NCBI GenBank assembly: GCA_963836235.1
Contig: CAWIIP010000005.1
Location: 192,001 to 256,000 of the forward strand
DNA length: 64,000 bases
Origin: an uncultured Pseudomonadota bacterium
Lineage (GTDB): Bacteria; Oederibacteriota; Muellerivitia; Muellerivitales; Muellerivitaceae
Direction of reading: 5' to 3'
The notes under the pieces were generated by a model that saw only the letters and a list, made by a program, of their open reading frames with translations, did no database searches and was not told where the DNA came from. The translations under genes were made by a program, and so were the position numbers. This document shows, in pieces, positions 56,301 through 61,908 of this stretch. Position 1 is the stretch's first letter. Every line of letters starts with the position of its first letter.

Positions 56301-57682
56301 GCTTCGTAACCATTCCAAACGCTAGGGCCTGTACTTAAGGACAAAGTAGCGGGAGTTGAAGCATCGGAATCTAAAGCCTCTGTGGAAGAAATTGAAGGAT
56401 TGGGAGTACCGGAAGGAAAGGGATTAATGGAAATGCTTACCCCTTGTCCAATGATGCTAACAGGGCAATTAGAGGAACCGCTCGGAACAATGAAGGTTCC
56501 CTCCCAAGTTGGGAAATTACCACTACTAAAATCATTCCAAACACCAGTAGCTGTGACAGCATTAGTTCCGGAACTCAAAAAGACCTGAAGATTTTCCCGA
56601 GTATCAATTGATTCATTCGCAGTCAGAAGGATGACCGCCGTCGTTCCGGCGATTAAACTATCATTTTGTTGTGTGGTTAGCTCCCTACTACTTGGCTCAT
56701 CACTAATATTCATCCCATCAATCGTAGTTACATTAAAAGGGGGTATGGAAGAAGTTGTGACATCATCCCACTGAGCTGAATATCTCAAATTAGCATCGGA
56801 GTCATTGTCCTGGTAGATATCAATCGCTCTGATGATAGGAGGGCTAACAGCGTAAAAATAATTTAAAATACCTTGGTAATCCCAACCTTTCTCTCGGGCT
56901 AAAGTCAATGCGCCTTGTTGAGAAAGGCCTTCGGCATTAAAAGCAGGGACATCCCTAGTTGCCCCAGTGTCATCTCGACGTTTAAGATATGGAGGAAAAT
57001 TCCAAAACCCAGGGAAAGCAGGGTAAAAAATTTCATCTTCGGAGTTATCTCCAAACGCATCAGAAAATTTTGCTAAAGTTAATTCAGTCACGCTGGTTGT
57101 TCGATTAAAAGCGAAAAGAGCCTGATGGGCAGTTTCAGAAACAGAATCCCCGGCCCCACTATCCCCCCCAACAACATCGGTGTCATAAGGTTTAAAGGCT
57201 TCTAAACTTAGGGGTTCGATAAATGTCGTTTGATTTTCATCCACTATGGTTAAGGGTTGGGTAGAATCCGTCACATCATAAGTCAGCCCGTCTAATTGTC
57301 GAAAAGCCCTTGATTGAACCGATGCGGTGAAACTTCTAGCTGCAACAGCTTGAGCTTTCAAGGCCTCTGGTGGCTGGTTGTCACCACCTATTTCAGAAAA
57401 AACAACTCCATCAATGAATTCATCATAAGGCATCGAAATAACTAAACTAACACCAGCATTATACGCAATAACCGTGACGCCATTAATTGCTTCAATCTGA
57501 TTTACAATATCTTGATTTAAATTTGATGTCTCACCCAAAAAAACCGTAACAGCTCCCGGCAATTGAGTAATAGGACCGCTTTGGGCTTTACAAAAGGAAA
57601 TATCCACGACATTTATTAAAAGAAAAGTGGATATCAATAGAACTACTTTTAAATTTTTACTCTTTGATCCATTTGTAAACAT
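44318..57682 (-). CDS. Giant (4454 aa) secreted multidomain protein: SpoIID/LytB-like, NHL and Asp-box/Kelch-like propellers, Thr-rich stalk, CBM3-like, FlgD/T9SS-like CTD
   Basis: Signal peptide; GVVFSEIGG..PEALKAQAVAARS and GLSQQGA..GWDYQGILNYFY; 5 NHL modules; 4 NDVWSSxDGxNW modules; TPTxTPT linkers; VVNNGAAVTLSDLTIKFW; ends WNLQNNGSQPVASGLYLF..KIAIIR. Confidence 0.88.
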   Translation of the reverse strand: MFTNGSKSKNLKVVLLISTFLLINVVDISFCKAQSGPITQLPGAVTVFLGETSNLNQDIVNQIEAINGVTVIAYNAGVSLVISMPYDEFIDGVVFSEIGGDNQPPEALKAQAVAARSFTASVQSRAFRQLDGLTYDVTDSTQPLTIVDENQTTFIEPLSLEAFKPYDTDVVGGDSGAGDSVSETAHQALFAFNRTTSVTELTLAKFSDAFGDNSEDEIFYPAFPGFWNFPPYLKRRDDTGATRDVPAFNAEGLSQQGALTLAREKGWDYQGILNYFYAVSPPIIRAIDIYQDNDSDANLRYSAQWDDVTTSSIPPFNVTTIDGMNISDEPSSRELTTQQNDSLIAGTTAVILLTANESIDTRENLQVFLSSGTNAVTATGVWNDFSSGNFPTWEGTFIVPSGSSNCPVSIIGQGVSISINPFPSGTPNPSISSTEALDSDASTPATLSLSTGPSVWNGYEAGPVTNFAFQVSTFPRAYVQGVTVSQNATPIYQAQWPLAPPPSPTVEMIGTPTPYPVTILANAPTVNTNVPALFGVGTHFDFYFNNPMNVNPTMVPTVEALFYVKSTPTPVSTWIFPVGSWGLDGQTYSADAPSTLITTSEAGDSVTLSISGAKDANNRPMDGDPHTIAYQLKTGYDLNGWAGFEAEADTANAFFITTPTPTFTPTPNPTPAQTPTTLKDVLSALSIFPIARGPFKFFETDPVGDIYACGFNTNSDPNHGYMVQFNLKTFKLNDTDLGLFENYEPISYDISPNGLSAVMASCYSTPTEPTLWYSEINSNGPIVGGSPNCSPLPNDQVKNIAFDGQGNLYVLYMTFVEDTEVSDTLITQSPNDVLSSRFLPPGCSVIRDKYWNVTLYGNGLQQQLGQGIQTASLPLGEGENLALLPKCFSFLEPSVAWAQEVNPDTPSGASPQMQVSTGDGRVYVLGTDGLTVYGYDTNNNLLCQLSIQEGPNDPFMGVVISYAPGGGPGGTLAFMDDYSNVRVAQIPLPPNFTPLPTNTPLPTPTATFTFTPTPTNTNLHGYTSTFTFTHTPTSTPTISPTSTSTNLNGYTSTFTPTPPGPLYCNVISSIGTDGSISGLAVDSQGNLYAGDTDYDEVDVFDAQGNPVTQWGPPANGVNHFDTPNQLAIDGNNHLYMTDDYRDMVFVFDTAGNPITQWGGVYGTGTGQFEDPTGIAVNAAGTTVYVVDSEVNRVQAFTGQGSPITQWGTEGDDGQGSFDFPTGVALDNQGQVYVTSEVPDWIEVFNGTGKFLNQWNTSTWAPYPDLLSVDNTVGKIYLYSALGELGISDLSGNEAGVMGGIGYTSGIAAPQDGTFYLALNGQGNIQHFGPCGQTPYATPTPTITWTPTPTETPTFFATFTFTATPNGDAYSNWLQATDAAGFGQRAHHQALYFNNHYWVIGGEPFGNENGGNPANDVWSSSDGIHWSEAVTAAAFPPRADFGAVVFGGKMWVMGAVAVYNGGWTYLSDVWSSLDGVNWTETKAQAPWGYRTAFTVTAFNGQMWVIGGEDLDNNDLNDVWSSPDGVNWTKQTASAAFPGRFYHQCLAYNGQLWVMGGSNFFNEPLNDVWSSPDGVNWTEATANASWPPRWGFTAQVDPISNQMVVLGGGYPPPNPVYSQHQPYISFNDVYHSSDGINWTASTYAAPFPGRAYGAAATDNNHIWITGGDPLLPESQSENNYSYDLRDAWYSNFAQVPTFTPTSTPTPDGNAVWTQAVGDTAFIPRSNPGLTAFQPSTGSWAGQNLLWMAGGTNSDIGPLGDVWNSPDGVNWRLATDNTPFDEQTGLVTSTFNGNLWVFNAIDWDNGQYQVFSSPNGVNWNLADAQAPFSQVIGAYVLNNQLWVMDSSCGNASRLFSSPDGMNWTLESQVPILGVNNTMAFNGYIWIFGGFWDCGGPTPITDETVWKTSDGVHWSQVSGNLPYAYEATSYTSNYEPMSFGGGALFIPNGINGNNALQDQWFTQDGIHWNQVAVTTAYIPRTNFSAAAFNNQMWAVGGQDSNGNDLNDVWTAPALGYTPASTWTPGPGTPTSTFTPSPTFTGSITNSPTNSFTPTPSPAVTSTPTPTATPTISPTPTVVSITGQGWLQGAPVGRAFPNRQGQTATAFNGSIWVIGGGGADIWDSPDGINWNLSTVLAPFGTRTGQAAVSFNGALWMIGGQTSQGVTNDVWNSLDGVSWTQVTASASFPPRSGHQVVIFNGQMWVMGGDGLADVWSSTNGINWDEEPRGPFATTSGFQAMALNSQIWVVGGIPVTNTDVTPNPNFYGYQSMAWSTSDGVHWSTGTSLPFEYRTGFAGTVANGQMWIMGGHGASGAVKNDVWSSGDGTDWTEETAAANFSPRQGLSGLVFNPSSSPQGNNALWIVGGTDLSGNNNGNSWYSPLAPYESPTPTPTVGPYGNWTQATANAGFPQRADQASVTFNNRMWVIGGGNDSEFFNDTWSSTDGANWTQQTVSTGFSPRIDPGAAAFNGKIWVVGGQNFNDSLNNDVWSSPDGVNWTEAVTQAPFSPRTGSSLMVQNLGNGPELWLVGGLDQNDNVLSDIWVSSDGMNWSSKTPSSNSGTAYPLRAYQAGAPYNNSLWVAGGVPAEGDLLNDAWYTDGNHWYGPTTFGTQGRQDASAGIMDNFMFVIGGTLDDGTEANDVWYLNSSSNWTMATSSANFSPRSDHSSVAFNNKLWVIAGWDGNEYLNDTWYTNSLVPTETPTSTPTPTPLSTAVSIYCNEVSSSSTDGSINGLALDTQGNLYAADADTDQVDVFDSHGNAVTQWGPPSNGLNQFIYPMGLAIDGNNHLYMTDYLGDMVYVFDTAGHPITQWGGSGSGTGQFQAPFGIAVNSAGTTVYVADLINDRVASFNGQGEPITQWGTTGDNGNGTFDLASGVALDNQGRVYVESYIPSLIEVFDGNGNFLNQRNISSWLPNPLFLSVDNTTSQLYITTINNTLGISDLSGNEVGVISGTGGSIPQAPTYGGVAAPQDGTFYAALDDQGVINRLGSCSTIPYPTPTPTITLSPTQTPLLTPTPTLTLTPSPVPGTIYCNVVSSSSTDGSIDGLALDTQGNLYAADVDNNQVDIFDPHGNAVTQWGPPSNGQNPFIYPMGLAIDGNDHLYMTDYEDDMVYVFDTAGNPITQWGGSGNGIGQFQAPWGIAVNSAGTTVYVADEANNRVEVFNGQGVPVTQWGTAGDDGNGTFDYATGLALDNQGRVYVESFNPSLIEVFDGSGNFLNQWNTSSWLPNPVFLSVDSTANRVCVATQGSGLGISDLSGNEVGVISGVVSPGGVAAPQDGTFYAAVNDHENIERLGPCSSSPYPTPTTTFTPSPTLTPTPGPSPIPIFCNLISSSSTDSAINGMATDGQGNVYAADGDTDQVDVFDPQGNPITQWGPSGQNQFINPMGLAVDGNNHLYLTDNYNNQVYVFDTAGDAITQWGGGGYGPGQFEYPIGIAVNSNGTTVYVADSGNNRVQVLDGNGNPITEWGTYGDAGGGTFDYMTGLTLDNQGRIYVASYNPNWIEVFDGSGNFLDQWNTGSWAPNPVMLAVDSTANQVYIEAQNVLGISDLSGNEVGVVSGIVSPGGVAAPQDGTLWVGANNLGVIERLGPCSQTPYPTPTPTLTPILIPTLTPLPPPVSIYCNVVSSSSTDGSIDGLALDTQGNLYAADVDNNQVDIFDPHGNAVTQWGPPSNGQNPFIYPMGLAIDGNDHLYMTDYEDDMVYVFDTAGNPITQWGGSGNGIGQFQAPWGIAVNSAGTTVYVADEANNRVEVFNGQGVPVTQWGTAGDDGNGTFDYATGLALDNQGRVYVESFNPSLIEVFDGSGNFLNQWNTSSWLPNPVFLSVDSTANRVCVATQGSGLGISDLSGNEVGVISGVASPGGVAAPQDGTFYAAADDLNNIERLGSCGQAPYPTPTPTYTLTLTGTYTFTPSLTATFTPTNTGTETPTQTPTNTTTFTGTNTPTNTATNSATYTTTNTATNTLTNTATYTTTNTPTNTTTDTPTSTTTKTSTNTATYTTTKTTTNTPTKTTTSTPTNTTTNTSTNTATSTGTNTPTNTATSTPTKTVIYTPTNNATNTTTKTTTNTATNSPTASPTLSPTNTRTSTASLTPSQTPTRTETKTATKTPTPANSPTKTSTFTVTGTSTKTATLTNTATKTFTVTKTYTPTITPTPSPTTACGTNTSALALLEEYTSSCGSNSVYHLFAVVNNGAAVTLSDLTIKFWPYDTSGVSLVGSISTGGCIWNPTCSHNVTGTTISALNFSPACGPSTTQMANWEMTVSTTDNTVLSGGTSWVGLQTLVNRSDNQPFVPGTSYWYSPCVMASTYSTNSHYAIYLKGNLVTASGGIPPSCRPLATCTPSGGQGAIVADLARMNGNPTLTPTPIPPLLASVVAAPNITNGQQPIRLLTYLTSQAKVSLAIFTVSGEQVYGTETEGSAGLNTIVWNLQNNGSQPVASGLYLFVLRVHNGASQETKVGKIAIIR
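46259..48613. repeat. Near-identical ~590-bp internal duplication (46259-46846 and 48026-48613)
   Basis: Offset 1767 bp; the ORF track gives identical 181-aa antisense ORFs at 46277 and 48044. Confidence 0.9.
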
Positions 57683-58634
57683 ATGCTCCCGTTTGGGTCG
57701 TTAAAAGTTGAAAAATATTCCCCTTCTTATCAACCAAATAAAAATGTTGATTAAGACCATTGGCATAACAAGCGTCAATATCCACCGGGATTTCTGAAAT
57801 CAGCGTGCCTTCAATGGAATAAATTCGGATTTCTTCTTCTTTCAAATCCATATAATGATTCCGAGAATATCCTTGTAGCAAATAAACATTTCCGTCATCG
57901 TCAAAACCGAGAACCTTATACTCCAGATGCATGCTCCGTTTGTTTTCGAGAGGAATATTTACAGAATCGGAAATTGTGGCCTTTCCATTTTTTTGAGCTA
58001 TTCGATTAATTTTTTCTGTCCGAATATGTAAAAACCAATCCCCACCCCGCTTTCTATTGTAAGTATTCGTAACATCCGTTTTTAAAAAGAGTGGTTCATT
58101 AAACTTTGAAGACGTCGAGGGCCTATCTTCAAAGGAAAAAATTTTGTTTCCTGTTTCATCCAATAATGAATCTTCGTAAATTGGTCCCCATTTTTGTTCA
58201 TATTTAATTTTTTCACCATTACTTTTTATTCTCAAAATTTTTAATTTAAATTTATCGGCAAGGTAGGTTGTATAAATGTCACCAGTTTCATTGATTTGGA
58301 AGGAAGATACCGCAGAATCTGTCGGGACACTTTTTATCAAACTTCCGTTGCTAGAAAAAACTTGAATCCGATGATTGCCTGGTTCTGATATATATATGTT
58401 CTCATTCTTATCAACAGCCATTGCCCCTGGGCCACAAAAAGGATTTCCAAGAACTCTCACTTCCTTATCCCCGTTCCCAAACTGTAAATACAAAATTTGC
58501 TGTTTTGTATAACCATTTACTACTTTTGATTGACCCATTACGTGTTGAGGAGGGAGGATGGAAATAATAAAAAATGAAAATGTAACCGTGAAAATCTTCA
58601 ACTCAGAAATTCTCTTCTTCATTTTTAAATCCAT
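57657..58634 (-). CDS. Low-GC exported beta-propeller (NHL-like) protein overlapping the giant gene start
   Basis: Signal peptide; GPGAMAVDKNENIYISEPGNHRIQVFSSNG, GFDDDGNVY, VDKKGNIF; 26-bp overlap. Confidence 0.75.
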   Translation of the reverse strand: MDLKMKKRISELKIFTVTFSFFIISILPPQHVMGQSKVVNGYTKQQILYLQFGNGDKEVRVLGNPFCGPGAMAVDKNENIYISEPGNHRIQVFSSNGSLIKSVPTDSAVSSFQINETGDIYTTYLADKFKLKILRIKSNGEKIKYEQKWGPIYEDSLLDETGNKIFSFEDRPSTSSKFNEPLFLKTDVTNTYNRKRGGDWFLHIRTEKINRIAQKNGKATISDSVNIPLENKRSMHLEYKVLGFDDDGNVYLLQGYSRNHYMDLKEEEIRIYSIEGTLISEIPVDIDACYANGLNQHFYLVDKKGNIFQLLTTQTGAYVYKWIKE

Positions 58635-58877
58635 TACTTCCCCCTGGTTCAACGCCTATAAAAGTCCCTAAGATTAGTATTTTCAGAAACGTTTTCAGGT
58701 GGAATATATCAAAATGACAAATATTTACTATATTTAAAGGTATGGCCAAAAAACCCTTATTTCAGCGAGGTGAAATTGTTGAAATATTGACTGGTCTTGG
58801 TGTTCAGCCTTGTGGAATCTTCTCGCCGATAGTGATACTTTGTAGCGTCACTTTAATCATCTGGGAGGGTTACTCAT

Positions 58878-59228
58878 ATGAAAAGTTCCATCTTGGCTGT
58901 CATCACGGCTTTATTTCTTGGGTCTACCGCCGTTACATTCGCCGCGACTTCATCTTCCGCCCCGGTCGTTAGCCAAAATCCCAATACCCACCAAGTAAAC
59001 CTTCGATTGAAAAGCCAAATGGTTTTAATTTATAAAGGGCAAAAGGCCGGGAAATTCACGCCGGAACAGACGAAAACCCTAAAGATGGGCCTTCGGGCTA
59101 TCCGTCAAAAGGAAGTCGGGTTCTTCAAGCTGAATGGAAATAAGGAACTGACTTCGGACCAGCAAAGCCAACTGAACCAGGCGTTGAATGCTAATTCGAC
59201 GACTTTGGGCGAAACACCCGTCAATTAA
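58878..59228 (+). CDS. Small secreted helical protein
   Basis: Signal peptide ending TFA; GGGAGG RBS; GKFTPEQ and KELTSDQ helical repeats. Confidence 0.7.
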   Translation: MKSSILAVITALFLGSTAVTFAATSSSAPVVSQNPNTHQVNLRLKSQMVLIYKGQKAGKFTPEQTKTLKMGLRAIRQKEVGFFKLNGNKELTSDQQSQLNQALNANSTTLGETPVN

Positions 59229-59312
59229 GCCATCAGTCCTGATCGAATGATCTAGATAATCTTAACAGTTCCCTCTTCGCGGGTCCCCGTCGTGGACAGG
59301 TGTTTTCGTTAA

Positions 59313-59597
59313 TTAATGAGCGGCCAGATGGTGGCGTTTCTTTTTAGCTAGATAGTGCTGGTCCAAGCCTTGGCGAAGGATCGATTTGATAACTGCTTGG
59401 CGGCTTACATTCATTTCGCGGACCAACCCATCCAATTCCTTAAGCATGTTTTCCGCGAAATCCACATTAACTCGGCGGATGGCCGGCATCATTTTTCCGT
59501 GGTTCGTAAAATGTTTGGAGATGTTCTCCCCTTTGTCAGCCATTTGAGCTAATTGTTCAGCCGTTGGAATTGTTTTTGCCTTATGAACGGTTTTCAT
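59313..59597 (-). CDS. BrnA/CopG-like RHH antitoxin
   Basis: ADKGENISKHF..RRVNVDFAENMLKELD..NVSRQAVIK; overlaps the BrnT-like toxin. Confidence 0.8.
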   Translation of the reverse strand: MKTVHKAKTIPTAEQLAQMADKGENISKHFTNHGKMMPAIRRVNVDFAENMLKELDGLVREMNVSRQAVIKSILRQGLDQHYLAKKKRHHLAAH

Positions 59598-59859
59598 ACA
59601 ATTTCCTTTCTTCCTTAGTGGATTTCCAAAGAGTGACTAAGTGAATGTACTCTCCATCCCGATCCGATCTCTCTTCATAGATCACCGTATATAGCCTATC
59701 CCCCACCCAGCCGATGGCCCGCCATTGCTCCGGCACCTCGGATCGTTGATCCAAGTAGTAAGGGCTTTCCCAGAGCACTTGAACTTCTTCAAAACCGATT
59801 CCCCGTAGGCGGTTTCGACGAAGGGCTTCGCTCTTGTGTTTGTCGAATTTAACCCGCAT
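59581..59859 (-). CDS. BrnT-family (DUF497) toxin
   Basis: FDKHKSE..RGIGFEE..EQWRAIG..TVIYEER..IHLVTLWKSTKEERKLYE. Confidence 0.85.
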   Translation of the reverse strand: MRVKFDKHKSEALRRNRLRGIGFEEVQVLWESPYYLDQRSEVPEQWRAIGWVGDRLYTVIYEERSDRDGEYIHLVTLWKSTKEERKLYENRS

Positions 59860-59868
59860 CCACGCTCC

Positions 59869-59885
59869 GGTATAACAGTTATACC
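59869..59885. promoter_or_regulatory. Putative autoregulatory operator of the BrnT/BrnA cassette
   Basis: Perfect palindrome GGTATAAC-A-GTTATACC 10 bp upstream of the toxin start. Confidence 0.6.
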
Positions 59886-59975
59886 ATCAATTTCTTATTA
59901 CTTCAAGAAGGCATCCCACGCGAATTTAGGTGTCCACGAAGGGTCCCCGTCGTGGACAAGAACTAACCCATTATT

Positions 59976-60320
59976 TTATTCGAATAAGAGAATTTTAAGG
60001 TTTTCGATCAACTTCACTTTATCAATCGGGCTTAACTCCCCCAAGTGCTTGACGAACCGGCGGTTATCAATGGCCCGGATCTGGTCAACCAAGATATCGG
60101 AGTCCTTCTTTAGGTTGTTTCCTTTTTTGGGAAGGTGAACCCGGAGTATCTCCGCTCCATGAATGACGTTGGTGGTAATGGGACAGACGATGGTACTGGG
60201 ATGCAATCCATCATTTAAAAGGTTGGTTTGAAGGACGACGACGGGCCTAGTTTTTCCAGGCTCGGTGCCGAAGCGCGGACTTAGATCGGCCAGGTAAATA
60301 CTAAATTTCCTGATTTTCAT
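59976..60320 (-). CDS. PemK/MazF-family endoribonuclease toxin
   Basis: IYLADLSPRFGTEPGKTRPVVVLQ, VCPITT, DQIRAIDNRR. Confidence 0.92.
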   Translation of the reverse strand: MKIRKFSIYLADLSPRFGTEPGKTRPVVVLQTNLLNDGLHPSTIVCPITTNVIHGAEILRVHLPKKGNNLKKDSDILVDQIRAIDNRRFVKHLGELSPIDKVKLIENLKILLFE

Positions 60321-60556
60321 TCAATGGTTGCTTCTTCAAGCTTTTCCATCTCACTCAAGATGTCCATGGAGTTATTTCGCGTAAGCAGGGATTCTTTTTG
60401 CAGTTTTTTACGAAGACCTTTGCGCCTGTTGAACGCGTTGTAAAAATCCAACGCCTCGTTGATGTAAGTATTTCGCGGCATGTGGAGCCGCTTAGTCTGA
60501 GCTTCAACATCCTCAAAGATTTCGCTTTTGATTTTAAGGGACAGGACTTTAGTCAT
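60317..60556 (-). CDS. RHH antitoxin cognate to the MazF-like toxin
   Basis: VLSLKI..IFEDVE..PRNTYINEAL; ATGA overlap with the toxin. Confidence 0.8.
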   Translation of the reverse strand: MTKVLSLKIKSEIFEDVEAQTKRLHMPRNTYINEALDFYNAFNRRKGLRKKLQKESLLTRNNSMDILSEMEKLEEATIE

Positions 60557-60573
60557 TTTGAACTCCTTTTAAG

Positions 60574-60594
60574 GTATATACGAATAGTATATAC
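60574..60594. promoter_or_regulatory. Putative operator of the MazF cassette
   Basis: GTATATAC-gaata-GTATATAC upstream of the antitoxin. Confidence 0.55.
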
Positions 60595-60667
60595 TTTTCG
60601 GTTTAAAAAGGAACAAATTTTCTAATTTAGTTGTCCACTCCGGGTCCCCGCCGTGGACAAAGCCACC

Positions 60668-61258
60668 CTATGGCTGGTTCTTCAAAGGCCCGGCGGCCTT
60701 GTAAGCATTCATCAGGATGCCCGTGGGGAAAGAACGGGTGCTTATAAGTTCGAACGAGCGCGGTGGGGTCCCCTCCGCGAAAATGCGCTTTCCCTTTCCC
60801 AGAAGGACCGGATCGACGAGCAGTAGCAGCTCATCCGCGAGGCCGTGCTCCAGCAGGGGTGATATCAGCGATATGCTACCGCAAAGGACCAAGTTAGGGC
60901 CCTCCTGCGACTTGACACGGCGAACGCCCTCGATCATGTCCGGCCCGATGGCCTCGGAAGGGCCCCACTCCAGGCCTTCCGGCCGGTGGGTCACGACGTA
61001 TTTCTTCGCGCCGTTGATCGCGTCCGCCATCGGACTGCTCGGCATCTTCGGCCAGAAGCTTGAAAAGTAATCGTAGGTGCGCCGGCCCAACAGCAGGTCG
61101 AATTTCCCACCATAGGCCGCGAGCACCGCGTCTCGGCCCTCAGGGGTACGGTAGGGCCCCGACCAGTCGCCGTAGGGGAAATCCTTGTCGTCGCCCGGGG
61201 CGCCAACCTGGATCACGCCGTCCAACGAAATATGATTGGCGATCTTCAGTTTTCTCAT
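60668..61258 (-). CDS. Dihydrofolate reductase / RibD C-terminal family protein
   Basis: ISLDGVIQ, LLLGRRTY, KYVVT, GSISL, DELLLLVDPVLLGKGKRIF. Confidence 0.9.
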   Translation of the reverse strand: MRKLKIANHISLDGVIQVGAPGDDKDFPYGDWSGPYRTPEGRDAVLAAYGGKFDLLLGRRTYDYFSSFWPKMPSSPMADAINGAKKYVVTHRPEGLEWGPSEAIGPDMIEGVRRVKSQEGPNLVLCGSISLISPLLEHGLADELLLLVDPVLLGKGKRIFAEGTPPRSFELISTRSFPTGILMNAYKAAGPLKNQP

Positions 61259-61411
61259 TTTGTGTCCTCCTTCACAGGCTCTTGTCGTTCACACGGGTTA
61301 CCATCGTGCGTAAATAAAGGGGCCAGGGTTTTCCCTAACCTCCGATTTGGTTGTCCACGATGGGTCCCTGTCGTGGACAACTAATTTATAGGTTTTTCAA
61401 AAAGACGGTAA

Positions 61412-61453
61412 AACAAAAGAACCCGACTTATCCCCAAGTCGGGTTCTTTTGTT
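61412..61453. terminator. Intrinsic terminator (bidirectional-type)
   Basis: AACAAAAGAACCCGACTT-atcccc-AAGTCGGGTTCTTTTGTT downstream of the PEGA gene. Confidence 0.8.
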
Positions 61454-61519
61454 ACGGACAAAATGGAAAGTGTCTAACCCTGTTTGTTCTTCTTAAGGTT
61501 CGACTCTTTGTTATCAAAA

Positions 61520-61879
61520 CTATTTTTTGTCCAGCAAAACTTTGAGATTTCCTTTATCAAGATCATTCCAATTTGACGTTGCAGCATCAACCACTAAAGG
61601 AACTAATCCAAAGAGATCAAGAATCAATAAACCTGGCACTAATTGAGATTGAATTATTGCAGTTTTTTCTTCATACCCTTCTTTTTTAAAAGTTAAATTT
61701 GCAGAATGCTTTTTTTCCATCTCGACATTTATTGGGGTTTTACCGACACGATTACCATCTACATAGACATCGGCACCTTGAGGATCAGAATCCAACATTA
61801 CGGGTTTTAGATTTCTATTAAATAGGGTGCCGCACCCGGTCGTTGCAATTAACAAAACAATGCTTATCAAATAACGCAT
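61520..61879 (-). CDS. PEGA-domain lipoprotein
   Basis: Lipobox TTGC; SDPQGADVYVDGNRVGKTP..KKEGYE; VVDAAT. Confidence 0.85.
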   Translation of the reverse strand: MRYLISIVLLIATTGCGTLFNRNLKPVMLDSDPQGADVYVDGNRVGKTPINVEMEKKHSANLTFKKEGYEEKTAIIQSQLVPGLLILDLFGLVPLVVDAATSNWNDLDKGNLKVLLDKK

Positions 61880-61908
61880 TTAATTACCCCCTCAATTTGG
61901 ATTCTAAA

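Larger units (their letters stand above)
59264..61386. repeat. Four directly oriented palindromic att-like sites delimiting gene cassettes
   Basis: Consensus ATTTAGTTGTCCACGA-nGGG-TC-CCCG-TCGTGGACA(A); cores at 59284, 59944, 60645 and 61365; site 1 lacks the left arm. Confidence 0.88.

Noticed and set aside
59281-59965. Repeats as displaced tRNA 3' ends (reverse complement GTCCACGACGGGGACCC is vaguely tRNA-like)
   Set aside because: No TTCGA loop or CCA, and the full dyad symmetry is unexplained by a tRNA origin; not entirely excluded.
59264-61386. CRISPR array
   Set aside because: The palindromic repeats are 660-720 bp apart and enclose whole genes; no cas genes are present.
59264-61386. 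Classical integron attC sites or Xer dif/pdif modules
   Set aside because: No RYYYAAC...GTTRRRY boxes, no intI, and no XerD arm (TTATGTTAAAT) or 11-6-11 layout.
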